Source of the DNA: Treponema sp.
Lineage (GTDB): Bacteria > Spirochaetota > Spirochaetia > Treponematales > Treponemataceae
Assembly: GCA_045586625.1 (NCBI GenBank)
Contig: JAZNAS010000108.1
Span: forward strand, 28,467-92,466
DNA length: 64,000 nucleotides
Reading direction: 5' to 3'
In this document: one piece after another, positions 18,436-27,836 of the stretch
Numbering within the stretch: position 1 is the first letter of the stretch
Layout of the letters: every line of letters starts with the position of its first letter
Position numbers and translations under genes: made by a program
Notes under the pieces: generated by a model
What the model saw: the letters and a program-made list of their open reading frames with translations, nothing else
Told to the model about the DNA's origin: nothing
The model's database searches: none

Positions 18436-19637
18436 TTACTCCTTTTAGAAAAATTCCCTGTAATGTATTCCTGTACGGAAAACCGCTTGTGCTCCCGCTT
18501 GTCAAAGGCGGCCTGAATCAATTCCTCTGCATCCAGCTCCTGGTACAATCGCTGGGCTTCTTTCAGGTTGGCCCGAAGTACCGGGTGCTTTGGTGAAAAA
18601 AGCACGCAGCAATCCTCGTAGGGCAGGATGGAGGTCTCGTAGGTGCCAATGGCCTTGGCCGTCTCGACAATTTCCTCCTTGTCCAGGCCAACCAAGGGTC
18701 GCAGCAGGGGATAGGGGCTGGCGGACTCCGTGACGGCCATGTTCTGCACCGTCTGGCTTGCCACCTGTCCAAGGCTCTCGCCGCTGATGAGGCAGTGCGC
18801 CTTGATTCTGTCTGCCAGCAGGGTGGCGGCCCGCATCATGCACATCCGAAGCAGCAGGGTGCTGAAGTTTTCTGGAGCGCGCTGCCGGATCCGCATCTGC
18901 ACCTCGGTAAAGGGGATGATGTTGAGGTGGGTGTCCACTCCGTAGCGGACGATGATTTTCGCCAGATCCTCCACCTTTTGCTGGGCCTCGGCGGAGGTGT
19001 AGGGGTAGGCGTGGAAATACACGCAGTCCACCTTCATGCCCCGCCGCATCATGCGGTAGCCCGCCACCGGAGAGTCCAGGCCGCCGGAAAGCAGCAGCAG
19101 GCCGTGTCCCCCGGTACCCACAGGCAATCCTCGGCATCCCTTGTTTCTGTCGCAGTAGACAAAAACCCTTTCCCGCACTTCCACACGAATAATCACATCG
19201 GGATTTTGGAGTCGAACCTCCAGTAGTCCTTGGTCAAACACATCGGTGGCAGCCTCGCAGGAAATCTGGTAGGAGTTCATGGGGAAGTTCTTGTCTGCCC
19301 GACGGCTTTCTATTTTAAAGGTTTTTGCTCCAGCCTCCTTGGCTGCCAGAGCCTCTTGGTAGACGGCTTTTCTGATTGCCACAATGTCCTTTTCACAAAC
19401 TGTAGTACGAGCCCAGCCAGTGATTCCAATAAGGTGCTGCAGGGTGAATTCAATGGCGGCACAGGATTCTTCTGGCCCTTCAATGTACAGGCGACCTGCT
19501 CGCAGCCGCACGGTGGCTTTTACAGACTCAAGGTAGAGCTTCACGTTGGCGGTGAGCCGATTTTCAAATTCCTTCAGATTGGCTCCCTTGAGGGTAAGCT
19601 CTCCAAGCTTTGCTAGATAGGTGATGTTTTCTGCCAT
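18432..19637 (-). CDS. thiI: tRNA 4-thiouridine synthase ThiI
   Basis: THUMP-type N-terminal half and the PP-loop LLLLSGGLDSPVAGYRMMRRG. Confidence 0.9.
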   Translation of the reverse strand: MAENITYLAKLGELTLKGANLKEFENRLTANVKLYLESVKATVRLRAGRLYIEGPEESCAAIEFTLQHLIGITGWARTTVCEKDIVAIRKAVYQEALAAKEAGAKTFKIESRRADKNFPMNSYQISCEAATDVFDQGLLEVRLQNPDVIIRVEVRERVFVYCDRNKGCRGLPVGTGGHGLLLLSGGLDSPVAGYRMMRRGMKVDCVYFHAYPYTSAEAQQKVEDLAKIIVRYGVDTHLNIIPFTEVQMRIRQRAPENFSTLLLRMCMMRAATLLADRIKAHCLISGESLGQVASQTVQNMAVTESASPYPLLRPLVGLDKEEIVETAKAIGTYETSILPYEDCCVLFSPKHPVLRANLKEAQRLYQELDAEELIQAAFDKREHKRFSVQEYITGNFSKRSN

Positions 19638-19643
19638 GGGAGG

Positions 19644-19672
19644 ATTTTACTTGATTTTTCTGTTTCTGTAAA
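19644..19672 (-). promoter_or_regulatory. candidate promoter giving a leaderless thiI transcript
   Basis: Minus strand reads TTTACA-17-TAAAAT, then 6 nt, then ATG 19637. Confidence 0.5.
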
Positions 19673-19676
19673 CATA

Positions 19677-19703
19677 TTGCAATATGACAAAAAGTGTGAT
19701 AAT
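19677..19703 (+). promoter_or_regulatory. candidate extended -10 promoter of the acyl-CoA ligase gene
   Basis: TTGCAA, a 15-nt spacer containing TG, then GATAAT (19698-19703). GGAGG 19718-19722 precedes ATG 19727. Confidence 0.4.
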
Positions 19704-19726
19704 GTAATACTTCTGTTGGAGGAAAT

Positions 19727-21688
19727 ATGGCTAAAAAGAAAAGCATGATAGATACAAGTGTTCGTAAAAACATTCCCCTGCTTCTGCGCTCAAGAATGAT
19801 TTCTTGTCCAGAAATCACCCTGCAGGCAGCAAAGGATGAGCAGGGCGTTTTCCAGATGTACAGCTACAAGCAGGTGTACAAAAAGGTTGTGGAAATGGCC
19901 TGTGCCCTGAAAAGGATTGGAATTCAGCGGGGGGACAAGATTGCCCTGATTTCAGATAACCGCCGGGAATGGCTGGTTGCAGATATGGCTCTTTTGTCTT
20001 TGGGAGCAGCTGATGTTCCAAGGGGCTGTGATTCCATGGGAGCCGAGATTCGCTTTATCATTTCCTTTGTGGAGTGTAAGATCGGTTTCTTTGAAACTGG
20101 CTGGCAGCTATCGAAGGTTTTGGAAAAAAGAGAGGAAATTCCCACGTTAAAAACTGCAATCCTCTTTGAAAAGGCAACGGAAGAAGTGGTGCAGATAGCA
20201 CAAGCCGCTGGAATTGCTATCGTCGCCTACACTGAGCTAGAAAAGATGGGAGAAGCTGCCAGCGAGGCTGAGCGTGCCGTTGTGGAGCATGAGATGGACA
20301 TGACGGAGGCTGACGAGGTGGCCACCATTATCTTTACCTCAGGTACTACCGGTATTCCCAAGGGAGTTATGCTGACCCATGACAACTTCCTGGCCCAGGT
20401 GGAGGTTGCTCGCTCCGTCCTTACCACCACGGAGGATGGAGAGCTGTGGTTCAGCGTTCTTCCGGTGTGGCATAGCTTTGAGCGGGCCTTTCAGTATTTT
20501 ATCATTGGCTTGAACAGTGGTTTGGTGTATTCCAAGATGGCCCCCAATATCATGCTGGCAGATATGGCTGCCGTTCGTCCCCACGGTATGATTGGTGTTC
20601 CCCGATTGTGGGAATCCATGGCCCAAAACATTTGGAAGAACGCCAGAAAGGAAGGTGGCCTAAACTATCTTTTGTTCCGCTTCTTTGTGGGGGTGGGAAA
20701 GAGATATTACTGGGCAAAGACTCATGTAAAGGGCCTTATTGTGCAGGTACATCGTAGGAGCCGTTTCTTAGATGCTGTGGTAGGAATTATTCCCTACATC
20801 CTCCTTTCTCCCCTTTATGCCTTGGGAAATATTCTCGTATACAAAAAGGTTCGTGATAAATTCGGCGGAAGGATTGGCTGTGCCTTGTCTGGCGGGGGAA
20901 CCCTCCAGTACGACACGGATATGTTCTACCACGCCATCGGCTTCAACCTGCTGGAGGGCTACGGCATCACCGAGGCGGCTCCCATCCTGTCCATCCGCTG
21001 GCCCTCCAAAGCTCGCTCCGGTTGTGTTGGCCAGGTATATCCCAGCGCCGAGATAAAGATTGTGGCGGAGGAGCATGGAAAGATTATCTCACCTGAACCC
21101 CTTCCTCCCGGCAAGCGGGGCTTGGTGCTTGCTCGTGGCCGCCAGATCATGAAGGGCTACTACAAGCGTCCCGACCTGACAGCCCAGGTTGTCGATGAGG
21201 ATGGTTGGCTCAATACCGGGGACCTGGGAATGCTCACCTATGACAATGAAATCAAGATTACCGGCCGGGCCAAGGACACCATCGTGCTTTTGGGTGGTGA
21301 GAACATCGAGCCCCAGGTTTTGGAGGCGGCCTTGCGGGGAAGCCCCTACATTGAGATGGCTGTAATTCTTGGCCAGGACAAGAAATATCTTGGAGCATTG
21401 ATTGTTCCCGTAAAGGACGCGCTTTTGGCCTATGCCCAGGAGCACGGCATTTCCACCGACTCCTACGAAGGGCTTCTGGAAAATCACCACATCATGGACC
21501 TTATCCGCAACGAAATCGACTCAAAGATTTGTGACACAGCGGGCTTCAGAATCTGTGAGCGAATCTATCGCTTTGCCCTGTTGAAGGAAAGCTTTACGGT
21601 AGGCAAGGAATTGTCCGGCAAGCAGGAAATGATGCGTCACAAAATTGTGGAAATCTACGAGGAGCAAATTGCCTCCTTATTTGACTGA
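19727..21688 (+). CDS. long-chain fatty acid-CoA ligase (AMP-forming)
   Basis: AMP-binding motif IIFTSGTTGIPKGVMLTH, plus GYGITE and TGDLG. Confidence 0.88.
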   Translation: MAKKKSMIDTSVRKNIPLLLRSRMISCPEITLQAAKDEQGVFQMYSYKQVYKKVVEMACALKRIGIQRGDKIALISDNRREWLVADMALLSLGAADVPRGCDSMGAEIRFIISFVECKIGFFETGWQLSKVLEKREEIPTLKTAILFEKATEEVVQIAQAAGIAIVAYTELEKMGEAASEAERAVVEHEMDMTEADEVATIIFTSGTTGIPKGVMLTHDNFLAQVEVARSVLTTTEDGELWFSVLPVWHSFERAFQYFIIGLNSGLVYSKMAPNIMLADMAAVRPHGMIGVPRLWESMAQNIWKNARKEGGLNYLLFRFFVGVGKRYYWAKTHVKGLIVQVHRRSRFLDAVVGIIPYILLSPLYALGNILVYKKVRDKFGGRIGCALSGGGTLQYDTDMFYHAIGFNLLEGYGITEAAPILSIRWPSKARSGCVGQVYPSAEIKIVAEEHGKIISPEPLPPGKRGLVLARGRQIMKGYYKRPDLTAQVVDEDGWLNTGDLGMLTYDNEIKITGRAKDTIVLLGGENIEPQVLEAALRGSPYIEMAVILGQDKKYLGALIVPVKDALLAYAQEHGISTDSYEGLLENHHIMDLIRNEIDSKICDTAGFRICERIYRFALLKESFTVGKELSGKQEMMRHKIVEIYEEQIASLFD

Positions 21689-21733
21689 GAAAGAAGCCTG
21701 TTGCTTGGCCAAAAGAGAGCCGATACTGATTGT

Positions 21734-22912
21734 ATGAAGTTGTCTTTTGGCAGAGCTGCAGTATTTTTTCTCACCATTTGTTTCTGCTCCTCCCTTTGGT
21801 GTCAGCAGATGGAATTGTACGGACAGGAATATATGGAAGGTGGAGCAGGGCAGGAGCTACAATCGCCTTCTGCTAGAGGAGTTTCATCTTCCCTTCCTCC
21901 CTTGTTGGCTGGTTTATGGCAGAATAGCCAGCGGATTGTGTCCTTTGAAAGCCTCGACTCTGCCAGCGTCATCTTAAAATTGTTCTATGGCTGGTATTAC
22001 GACCGCGCTGCAGAGCCGGTGACCCAGACAATGGGTGAGTCAATCATGAGCACCACCCAAATTGACTTCAATTACAGTGGTGCCTCCCAACAAGATTTTG
22101 CAGCCCGCAATAGTGTTTCCGTTGCAGAAGAGGTTCTTCAATTTGAGTCCCTTCCTCCTCGTCCCAAAAATGATGCCACCTCACCTCAAGCCCAGCAGCT
22201 TTTGGTGGAATTCGAGCCGCTTATTCCGGAAACAGAAGCAAGTGGCGCTTGGAATATCTGGATTACCTATCCGGACATCAAGGAGCGTCACGCCATTCCC
22301 GTGGCTGTCTTTGACGGAAAGCTATACGTGAATTTCTATCTTGGGGCAAATGACAGTGTTTCCCGCTTTTTTCAAGCAGCTTCCAACACCAACGGAATCA
22401 CCATTGGCACGCCTTTGCTGGACAAGGAGGTAACTTCTTATCTTGTAACAGGTTCCCGTATGTACAGGATTCGCTATTGGCAAACCGACATGGAATATGA
22501 TGGAGAAACCCAGGCCATCCTTTCTGGAGAGGATGGAAATTATCCCGTACCAAAGCATCTGCTTATTGGTGGCACTGTCTACACCTGTGTTGCCGGCAGG
22601 CGGGTGGACATCCGCAATGTGGAAGAAATCCCCCTGGATATTTCTGGTTTTACCATGAGTAGCGACAATCGTATTGTGGTGCAAAAATCGGCCTATCTTT
22701 CCTTGATGGATAATAAATCCTCCGAGCTTTATCAGCTGATTGCAGAGGCCAACAGTCGCAAGGCTCCACCACCACCGCCACCAATTCCCCTGGGAGACTT
22801 GGATTTTCACTATGCTGAAATTGAGGAGTTACGAAAATACATGATTCCCCTGCCTGAATTCCCCTCGTTTGAAGGGGACTATATCAAGACTGCAACGAAT
22901 CAGAGTTTTTAG
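21734..22912 (+). CDS. secreted hypothetical protein
   Basis: ATG 21734 gives the signal peptide MKLSFGRAAVFFLTICFCSSLWCQQ. There is a Pro6 run (KAPPPPPPIP) near the C-terminus. No family was recognised. Confidence 0.6.
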   Translation: MKLSFGRAAVFFLTICFCSSLWCQQMELYGQEYMEGGAGQELQSPSARGVSSSLPPLLAGLWQNSQRIVSFESLDSASVILKLFYGWYYDRAAEPVTQTMGESIMSTTQIDFNYSGASQQDFAARNSVSVAEEVLQFESLPPRPKNDATSPQAQQLLVEFEPLIPETEASGAWNIWITYPDIKERHAIPVAVFDGKLYVNFYLGANDSVSRFFQAASNTNGITIGTPLLDKEVTSYLVTGSRMYRIRYWQTDMEYDGETQAILSGEDGNYPVPKHLLIGGTVYTCVAGRRVDIRNVEEIPLDISGFTMSSDNRIVVQKSAYLSLMDNKSSELYQLIAEANSRKAPPPPPPIPLGDLDFHYAEIEELRKYMIPLPEFPSFEGDYIKTATNQSF

Positions 22913-23300
22913 CATTCATTTTTTGCAGGAGCCAAGCTCCTGCAAGGCCAGATATTCCTCCTAAAAATCCACCTATCAGGTCTGCCACCCAGTCTAGGAT
23001 AGAAGCATGGCGGCCTGGCACAAAATATTGGTGGATTTCGTCTACCATGCCATAGGCCGCTACAATAAGGGTAACAAGGAGGATGTGCCTTACAGGCCTT
23101 TGCAACCAAGCTTCTTTTTTGAACCACCAAGTCCAGAAAAAACCCAAGCCTGCAAAGCAAACAAGATGAATCAGCTTGTCGGATACTGAGGGTAGCTGAA
23201 CTGTTTCCAAGGTTCCGGAGGAAAGATACCAACTGATACCCATGGTAATGAGGGCGGGGAGTCTAAGAATTATCTTTTGCATCTCCTTCGATTCTATCAC
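22884..23300 (-). CDS. VanZ-like membrane protein
   Basis: DKLIHLVCFAGLGFF and DEIHQYFVPGRHASILDWVADLIGG are present. The start is ambiguous (GTG 23300 or ATG 23282). It overlaps the convergent gene by 29 nt. Confidence 0.7.
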   Translation of the reverse strand: MIESKEMQKIILRLPALITMGISWYLSSGTLETVQLPSVSDKLIHLVCFAGLGFFWTWWFKKEAWLQRPVRHILLVTLIVAAYGMVDEIHQYFVPGRHASILDWVADLIGGFLGGISGLAGAWLLQKMNAKNSDSLQS

Positions 23301-23382
23301 TAATAGATTTTGAATTGAATACCTATTGTATGGATTTTGCTGGAGTATTTATATAACGTACATAGTATTTTTTTTCAACTTA

Positions 23383-23391
23383 TGGTATAAA
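23383..23391 (+). promoter_or_regulatory. extended -10 element giving a candidate leaderless transcript of the DtxR-family gene
   Basis: TGgTATAAA, then 6 nt, then ATG 23398. No Shine-Dalgarno and no clear -35 were seen. Confidence 0.35.
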
Positions 23392-23397
23392 TACCCT

Positions 23398-23766
23398 ATG
23401 TATGAATCTGGTGAAAATTATTTAGAGGCGATCTTGATTTTGGAGAAGGAGAACGTTATTGTTCGCTCCATAGATGTGGCCCATAAATTGTCTGTTTCCA
23501 AGCCCAGCGTTAGTCGGGCTATGGGGCTTCTGCGTCAGGATGGATATATCGAAATGGCCGATAACGGTCCCATTTTTCTTACTGAAAAGGGACGGGAGCT
23601 GGCAGTAAAGATTTATCATCGTCATTGTATCCTCACTGAATTTTTGGAAAAGGTGTCAAAGGTTTCCCATCAGCAGGCTGAAGAAAATGCCTGTCGCATA
23701 GAGCATATCCTTGATGAGGATGTATTCCAAGGAATTCAGAAATTCATGAAAGAAAATTTATCATAG
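23398..23766 (+). CDS. DtxR/MntR-family metal-dependent transcriptional regulator (short form without an SH3-like domain)
   Basis: MYESGENYLEAILILEK...SVSKPSVSRAMGLLRQDGYI (wHTH), followed by the metal-site-like HRHCILTEFL...ACRIEH. Confidence 0.8.
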   Translation: MYESGENYLEAILILEKENVIVRSIDVAHKLSVSKPSVSRAMGLLRQDGYIEMADNGPIFLTEKGRELAVKIYHRHCILTEFLEKVSKVSHQQAEENACRIEHILDEDVFQGIQKFMKENLS

Positions 23767-23768
23767 GG

Positions 23769-25196
23769 GTGAATGTCATGGAGTCAATAGCAAAGGGGGC
23801 CATGGAAGGCGGAAATCACGCCGCATTGTGGCATGGGAGATTTCAGGAAGGACCTGATGCCCAGGCGGTAGAGTTTGAAACCTCAATTTATGTGGATCAA
23901 AGGATGGCTCAGGATGATATTGCAGGAAGCAAGGCCCATGTAGCCATGCTTGGAGCCAGCGGAATCATTCCCCAAAATGAAGCGGAGCAGATTATCCGTG
24001 CTCTGGAAGGAATCGCCCAAGATTTGGAAAGTGGTGCTTTGGCCATAGATTATTCTGCAGAGGATATTCATTCTTTCATAGAGGGAGTGCTGACAGATAG
24101 AATAGGGGAGGCTGGCAAGAAGGTTCACACAGGACGGAGCCGCAACGACCAAATCGCTCTCGACGAGCGGTTGTATCTGCGTCATGCAATTCCCACTTTG
24201 CAGAACAAGGTTAAAACCTTGATTTCCGTTTTGGTGGATATTGCAGATGAACATAAGGAAAGCCTTCTCAGTGGATATACCCATCTTCAGCGGGCCCAGC
24301 CTGTTACGCTGGCTCATCACCTGTGTGCCTGGTGCTGGATGCTGCAGCGGGATTACCAGCGGCTGGAGGATGCCCTGTCCCGTATTCAGCTGAGTCCCTT
24401 GGGAGCCGGTGCCTTGGCGGGAAGCTCCCTGCCATTGGATCGGGAGCTGGTGGCCAAAACATTGGGATTTGCCGGTGTTACCTCTAATTCCCTCGATACT
24501 GTGGCGGACAGGGATTATTGCATCGAGTTTACTGCCGCCTTCTCCCTGCTCATGAGCCATCTCTCCCGCTTTTGCGAGGAGGTGATTATCTGGTCAACAG
24601 AGGAATTCAAGTTCATTGACCTGTCGGAAAAATGGTCCACAGGCTCCAGCATCATGCCCCAGAAAAAGAATCCTGACTTTGCTGAATTGATTCGTGGTCG
24701 TACTGGTCGTGTCTACGGTAATCTTGTTGCCCTGCTTACCATGGTGAAGGGGCTTCCGTTGTCCTACAATCGTGATATGCAGGAGGACAAGGAAAGCCTC
24801 TTTGATGCCTACGATACGGTAAGCTCCTGTCTTGAGGTCTTTACACAGATGATTGGAACAGCCCGCTGGAATACGGAGCGAATGGCCGCATCATGTACTG
24901 GAGGCCATGCCAATGCCACAGACGTGGCAGAATATCTTGTTCGCAAGGGAATGCCCTTCAGGACAGCCCACGGTGTGGCGGCAAAGGCGGTGCGAATCTG
25001 CATAGGCAGAGGCTGTAATCTGGAGGACCTGCCCTTGGAGGACTTGCAGTCTTGCTCCGTTCTCATTGAGGGTGATGTCTATTCTCTCATAACGCCAGAG
25101 GCTTGTATGAAAGCCCGTAATCTTGCTGGTGGACCTGCACCAGATGCTGTGGCAGTACAGATTCTGTCTTTGCGAGAATGGCTTGGGGATAAATAG
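23769..25196 (+). CDS. argH: argininosuccinate lyase
   Basis: LWHGRF..., HTGRSRNDQ, and the fumarate-lyase signature GSSIMPQKKNPD. The start may be GTG 23769 or ATG 23778. Confidence 0.93.
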   Translation: MNVMESIAKGAMEGGNHAALWHGRFQEGPDAQAVEFETSIYVDQRMAQDDIAGSKAHVAMLGASGIIPQNEAEQIIRALEGIAQDLESGALAIDYSAEDIHSFIEGVLTDRIGEAGKKVHTGRSRNDQIALDERLYLRHAIPTLQNKVKTLISVLVDIADEHKESLLSGYTHLQRAQPVTLAHHLCAWCWMLQRDYQRLEDALSRIQLSPLGAGALAGSSLPLDRELVAKTLGFAGVTSNSLDTVADRDYCIEFTAAFSLLMSHLSRFCEEVIIWSTEEFKFIDLSEKWSTGSSIMPQKKNPDFAELIRGRTGRVYGNLVALLTMVKGLPLSYNRDMQEDKESLFDAYDTVSSCLEVFTQMIGTARWNTERMAASCTGGHANATDVAEYLVRKGMPFRTAHGVAAKAVRICIGRGCNLEDLPLEDLQSCSVLIEGDVYSLITPEACMKARNLAGGPAPDAVAVQILSLREWLGDK

Positions 25197-25248
25197 CTCT
25201 CATTGTGTTGAACATCTTGATTTAGATAATAAATGAGCGAAAAAGTCC

Positions 25249-25277
25249 TTGACGAATCGTCATTTAGGAAGTAGAAT
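25249..25277 (+). promoter_or_regulatory. sigma70-type promoter of the cyd operon
   Basis: TTGACG-17-TAGAAT. GGAGG precedes GTG 25341. Confidence 0.55.
25250..25262. promoter_or_regulatory. perfect 13-bp palindrome overlapping the cyd -35 (candidate operator)
   Basis: TGACGA-A-TCGTCA. Confidence 0.4.
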
Positions 25278-25340
25278 TTGAGGCAATAATGTGTTTCTAC
25301 ATAAAGTAAATTTTGTAGAAAAAAGGAATAGGAGGCTATT

Positions 25341-26729
25341 GTGGACACATTGAGCTTAGCACGAGCCCAGTTTGCAGTTACCACAATCTATCACTTTCTT
25401 TTCGTACCGCTGACTATTGGACTGTCATTCTTGGTGGCAGTTCTTGAGTCTGTATATGTAAAGACAGGTGATGAGAAGTACAAGCAGATGGCGAAATTCT
25501 GGGGAAAGTTATTCTTGATTAACTTCTCCATGGGTGTTGTAACTGGTATCGTTCAGGAATTCCAGTTTGGTATGAACTGGTCAGGGTATTCCCGCTTTGT
25601 TGGTGATATCTTTGGTGCACCTTTGGCTATCGAGGCCTTGGTGGCATTCTTCATTGAATCCACCTTCTTGGGTGTGTGGATTTTCGGTTGGGAAAAGCTT
25701 TCAAAGAAGGTGCACCTGCTGTCTATCTGGTTGGCTGCAATTGCAACTTCCCTTTCAGCCTTCTGGATCTTGCTGGCTAACTCCTTCATGCAGAATCCTG
25801 TAGGATATGTTTTGAATGAGGCCGCAGGTCGTGCTGAAATGGAAAGCTTCACTGCCTTGTTGACCAATCCCCACCTGTGGTGGCAGTTCCCCCATGTATT
25901 GACAGCAGGTCTTACAACTGCTGGCTTCTTTATCGTAGGTGTATCTGCAATCAACTTGATTAAAAAGAACAATGATGCTTTCTTTACCAAGTCCTTCAAG
26001 TTTGGTGCTGTAGCCGCCTTGGTAGGTGCTGTTCTGGTGATTTTCGTTGGTCACGGACAGATGGTTTCCATCAAGGACGAGCAGCCCATGAAGGCCGCCG
26101 CAGCAGAGGCTTTGTGGGAAACAGCTGATCCTGCTCCCTTCACCATCGTTGCTGATATTAACCAAGAAGAACGCAAGAATGACTCTGCTTGGGAGCTTCC
26201 TGGAATGCTGAGCTTCTTGTACTACCTGAAGCCCTCTGGAGAGGTGCTGGGTATCAATGATGTACAGGCTCAGATGGAGGCTGAGCATGGACCTGGAAAC
26301 TATATTCCACCTGTTGCAGTATTGTTCTGGAGCTTCCGCATCATGGTTGGTGCAGGTTGTCTCATGCTGTTGCTGGGTGTAATTTCCATCGTCATCAGCC
26401 GCAAGAAGAAGCCGTTGGCAGATTACAAGAAGTTGATGGTTGCCCTGTCTATCTCCATCGTTCTTCCCTTCCTGGCTAATACCTTCGGATGGATTATGGC
26501 CGAGATGGGACGTTTCCCTTGGGTTGTATATGGCCTGATGAAGATGGAGGATGGTGTTTCCACTGTAACTAGTTCTGGTTCAGTTCTTATTTCCTTTGTG
26601 GGCTTTATCCTGATTTACACTGCATTGGCTATTGCAGAGGTTTTCCTGATGGCTCGCCATGGTATCAAGAACCCTGTTACCGATACTGAAATCGCTGAAA
26701 ACGATAAGGAGGCTTCACTGTGGACTTAA
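25341..26729 (+). CDS. cydA: cytochrome bd oxidase subunit I
   Basis: LARAQFAVTTIYHFLFVPLTIGL, and GWIMAEMGRFPWVVYG (GRQPW-type motif). Confidence 0.93.
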   Translation: MDTLSLARAQFAVTTIYHFLFVPLTIGLSFLVAVLESVYVKTGDEKYKQMAKFWGKLFLINFSMGVVTGIVQEFQFGMNWSGYSRFVGDIFGAPLAIEALVAFFIESTFLGVWIFGWEKLSKKVHLLSIWLAAIATSLSAFWILLANSFMQNPVGYVLNEAAGRAEMESFTALLTNPHLWWQFPHVLTAGLTTAGFFIVGVSAINLIKKNNDAFFTKSFKFGAVAALVGAVLVIFVGHGQMVSIKDEQPMKAAAAEALWETADPAPFTIVADINQEERKNDSAWELPGMLSFLYYLKPSGEVLGINDVQAQMEAEHGPGNYIPPVAVLFWSFRIMVGAGCLMLLLGVISIVISRKKKPLADYKKLMVALSISIVLPFLANTFGWIMAEMGRFPWVVYGLMKMEDGVSTVTSSGSVLISFVGFILIYTALAIAEVFLMARHGIKNPVTDTEIAENDKEASLWT

Positions 26730-27730
26730 ATACATTGTGGTTTATTCTGATTACCGTGCTTTTCAGCGGATTCTTTGTGCTGGAAGGATTTGACTACGGT
26801 GTAGGTACCTTGTTGCCCATCGTTGCAAAGAATGATACAGAGCGTCGTGTTGTATTGAATACTATTGGACCTCACTGGGATGCCAACGAGGTTTGGCTGC
26901 TCACCGCTGGTGGAGCCATCTTTGCCGCCTTCCCCAACTGGTATGCAACATTGTTCAGTGGTTTCTACTTGGCATTGTTTGCCATTCTTTTTGCTTTGAT
27001 TATTCGTGGTGTTGCCATTGACTTCCGCAGCAAGCACGACAGCGCTACTTGGCGCAAGACCTGGGACATCCTGTTCTGCGTTGGCTCACTGTTGCCTTCC
27101 GTTCTCTTCGGTGTGGCGGTAAGCAACTTTATGACTGGTGTTCCTATCGATGCTAACATGGAATATGCCGGAAACTTCTTTACCTTGCTGACACCCTTCA
27201 CCTTGTTGGGTGGTGTGACCATGCTGTTGGTATTGACCTTCCACGGATTGTTGTTCTTGAAGCTGAAGAATGGTGTTCAGGCAATTGAAGATAGAGTAAA
27301 GGCCTTGGGAACAAAGCTTGGTATTGCCATGTTGGTTGTAACTGTGGCTTGGGTTGTATTTGCAGCCGTTAAGACACGTCTTTTGACCAATGGTCCTATT
27401 TCTATTATTGCTGTAGCCTTGGCAGCCGTTCTTTTGATTCTTGCAGTATTGCTGCAGGCAAAGGGACTTGATGGAAAGGCATTCATCTGTTCTTCCTTGG
27501 CCATCGTAATGGTTGTTGTCACTGTATTCTTCTCCATGTTCCCCAATGTAATGATTTCTACCTTGGCTGGTGGAACAAGCCTTGACATTTACAATGCAAG
27601 CTCCAGCCCCAAGACATTGAAAATCATGACCATTGTTGCTTTGACTGCAGTACCTGTTGTTCTTGCCTATTTGGTATGGAGCTACTGGGTATTCCGCAAG
27701 CGGGTTACAGAAAAAGATTTGCATTATTAA
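26720..27730 (+). CDS. cydB: cytochrome bd oxidase subunit II
   Basis: The GTG start overlaps cydA by 10 nt. The sequence is LNTLWFILITVLFSGFFVLEGFDYGVG. Confidence 0.9.
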   Translation: MDLNTLWFILITVLFSGFFVLEGFDYGVGTLLPIVAKNDTERRVVLNTIGPHWDANEVWLLTAGGAIFAAFPNWYATLFSGFYLALFAILFALIIRGVAIDFRSKHDSATWRKTWDILFCVGSLLPSVLFGVAVSNFMTGVPIDANMEYAGNFFTLLTPFTLLGGVTMLLVLTFHGLLFLKLKNGVQAIEDRVKALGTKLGIAMLVVTVAWVVFAAVKTRLLTNGPISIIAVALAAVLLILAVLLQAKGLDGKAFICSSLAIVMVVVTVFFSMFPNVMISTLAGGTSLDIYNASSSPKTLKIMTIVALTAVPVVLAYLVWSYWVFRKRVTEKDLHY

Positions 27731-27836
27731 TTGACTCAGAATTATGGCTCCTCAGCTGATGGGTCATAATTTCATGAAGGCTGATGGTGGCATATGCTAT
27801 CGTCAGCCTTTTTTGTTAAAAAGAATTAGGAAGTAT

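Noticed and set aside
18502-19137. 211-aa Arg/Gly/Pro-rich ORF in an alternative frame of thiI, together with GC-rich patches (about 62-65% in the segments I counted) in thiI, pyk and the sialidase catalytic region. I considered these as possible horizontal-transfer islands.
   Set aside because: The alternative-frame ORF is a by-product of local high GC. Similar GC-rich stretches occur in several core genes across the window, so this looks like codon or GC3 heterogeneity rather than an island. A proper sliding-window GC and codon analysis would be needed.
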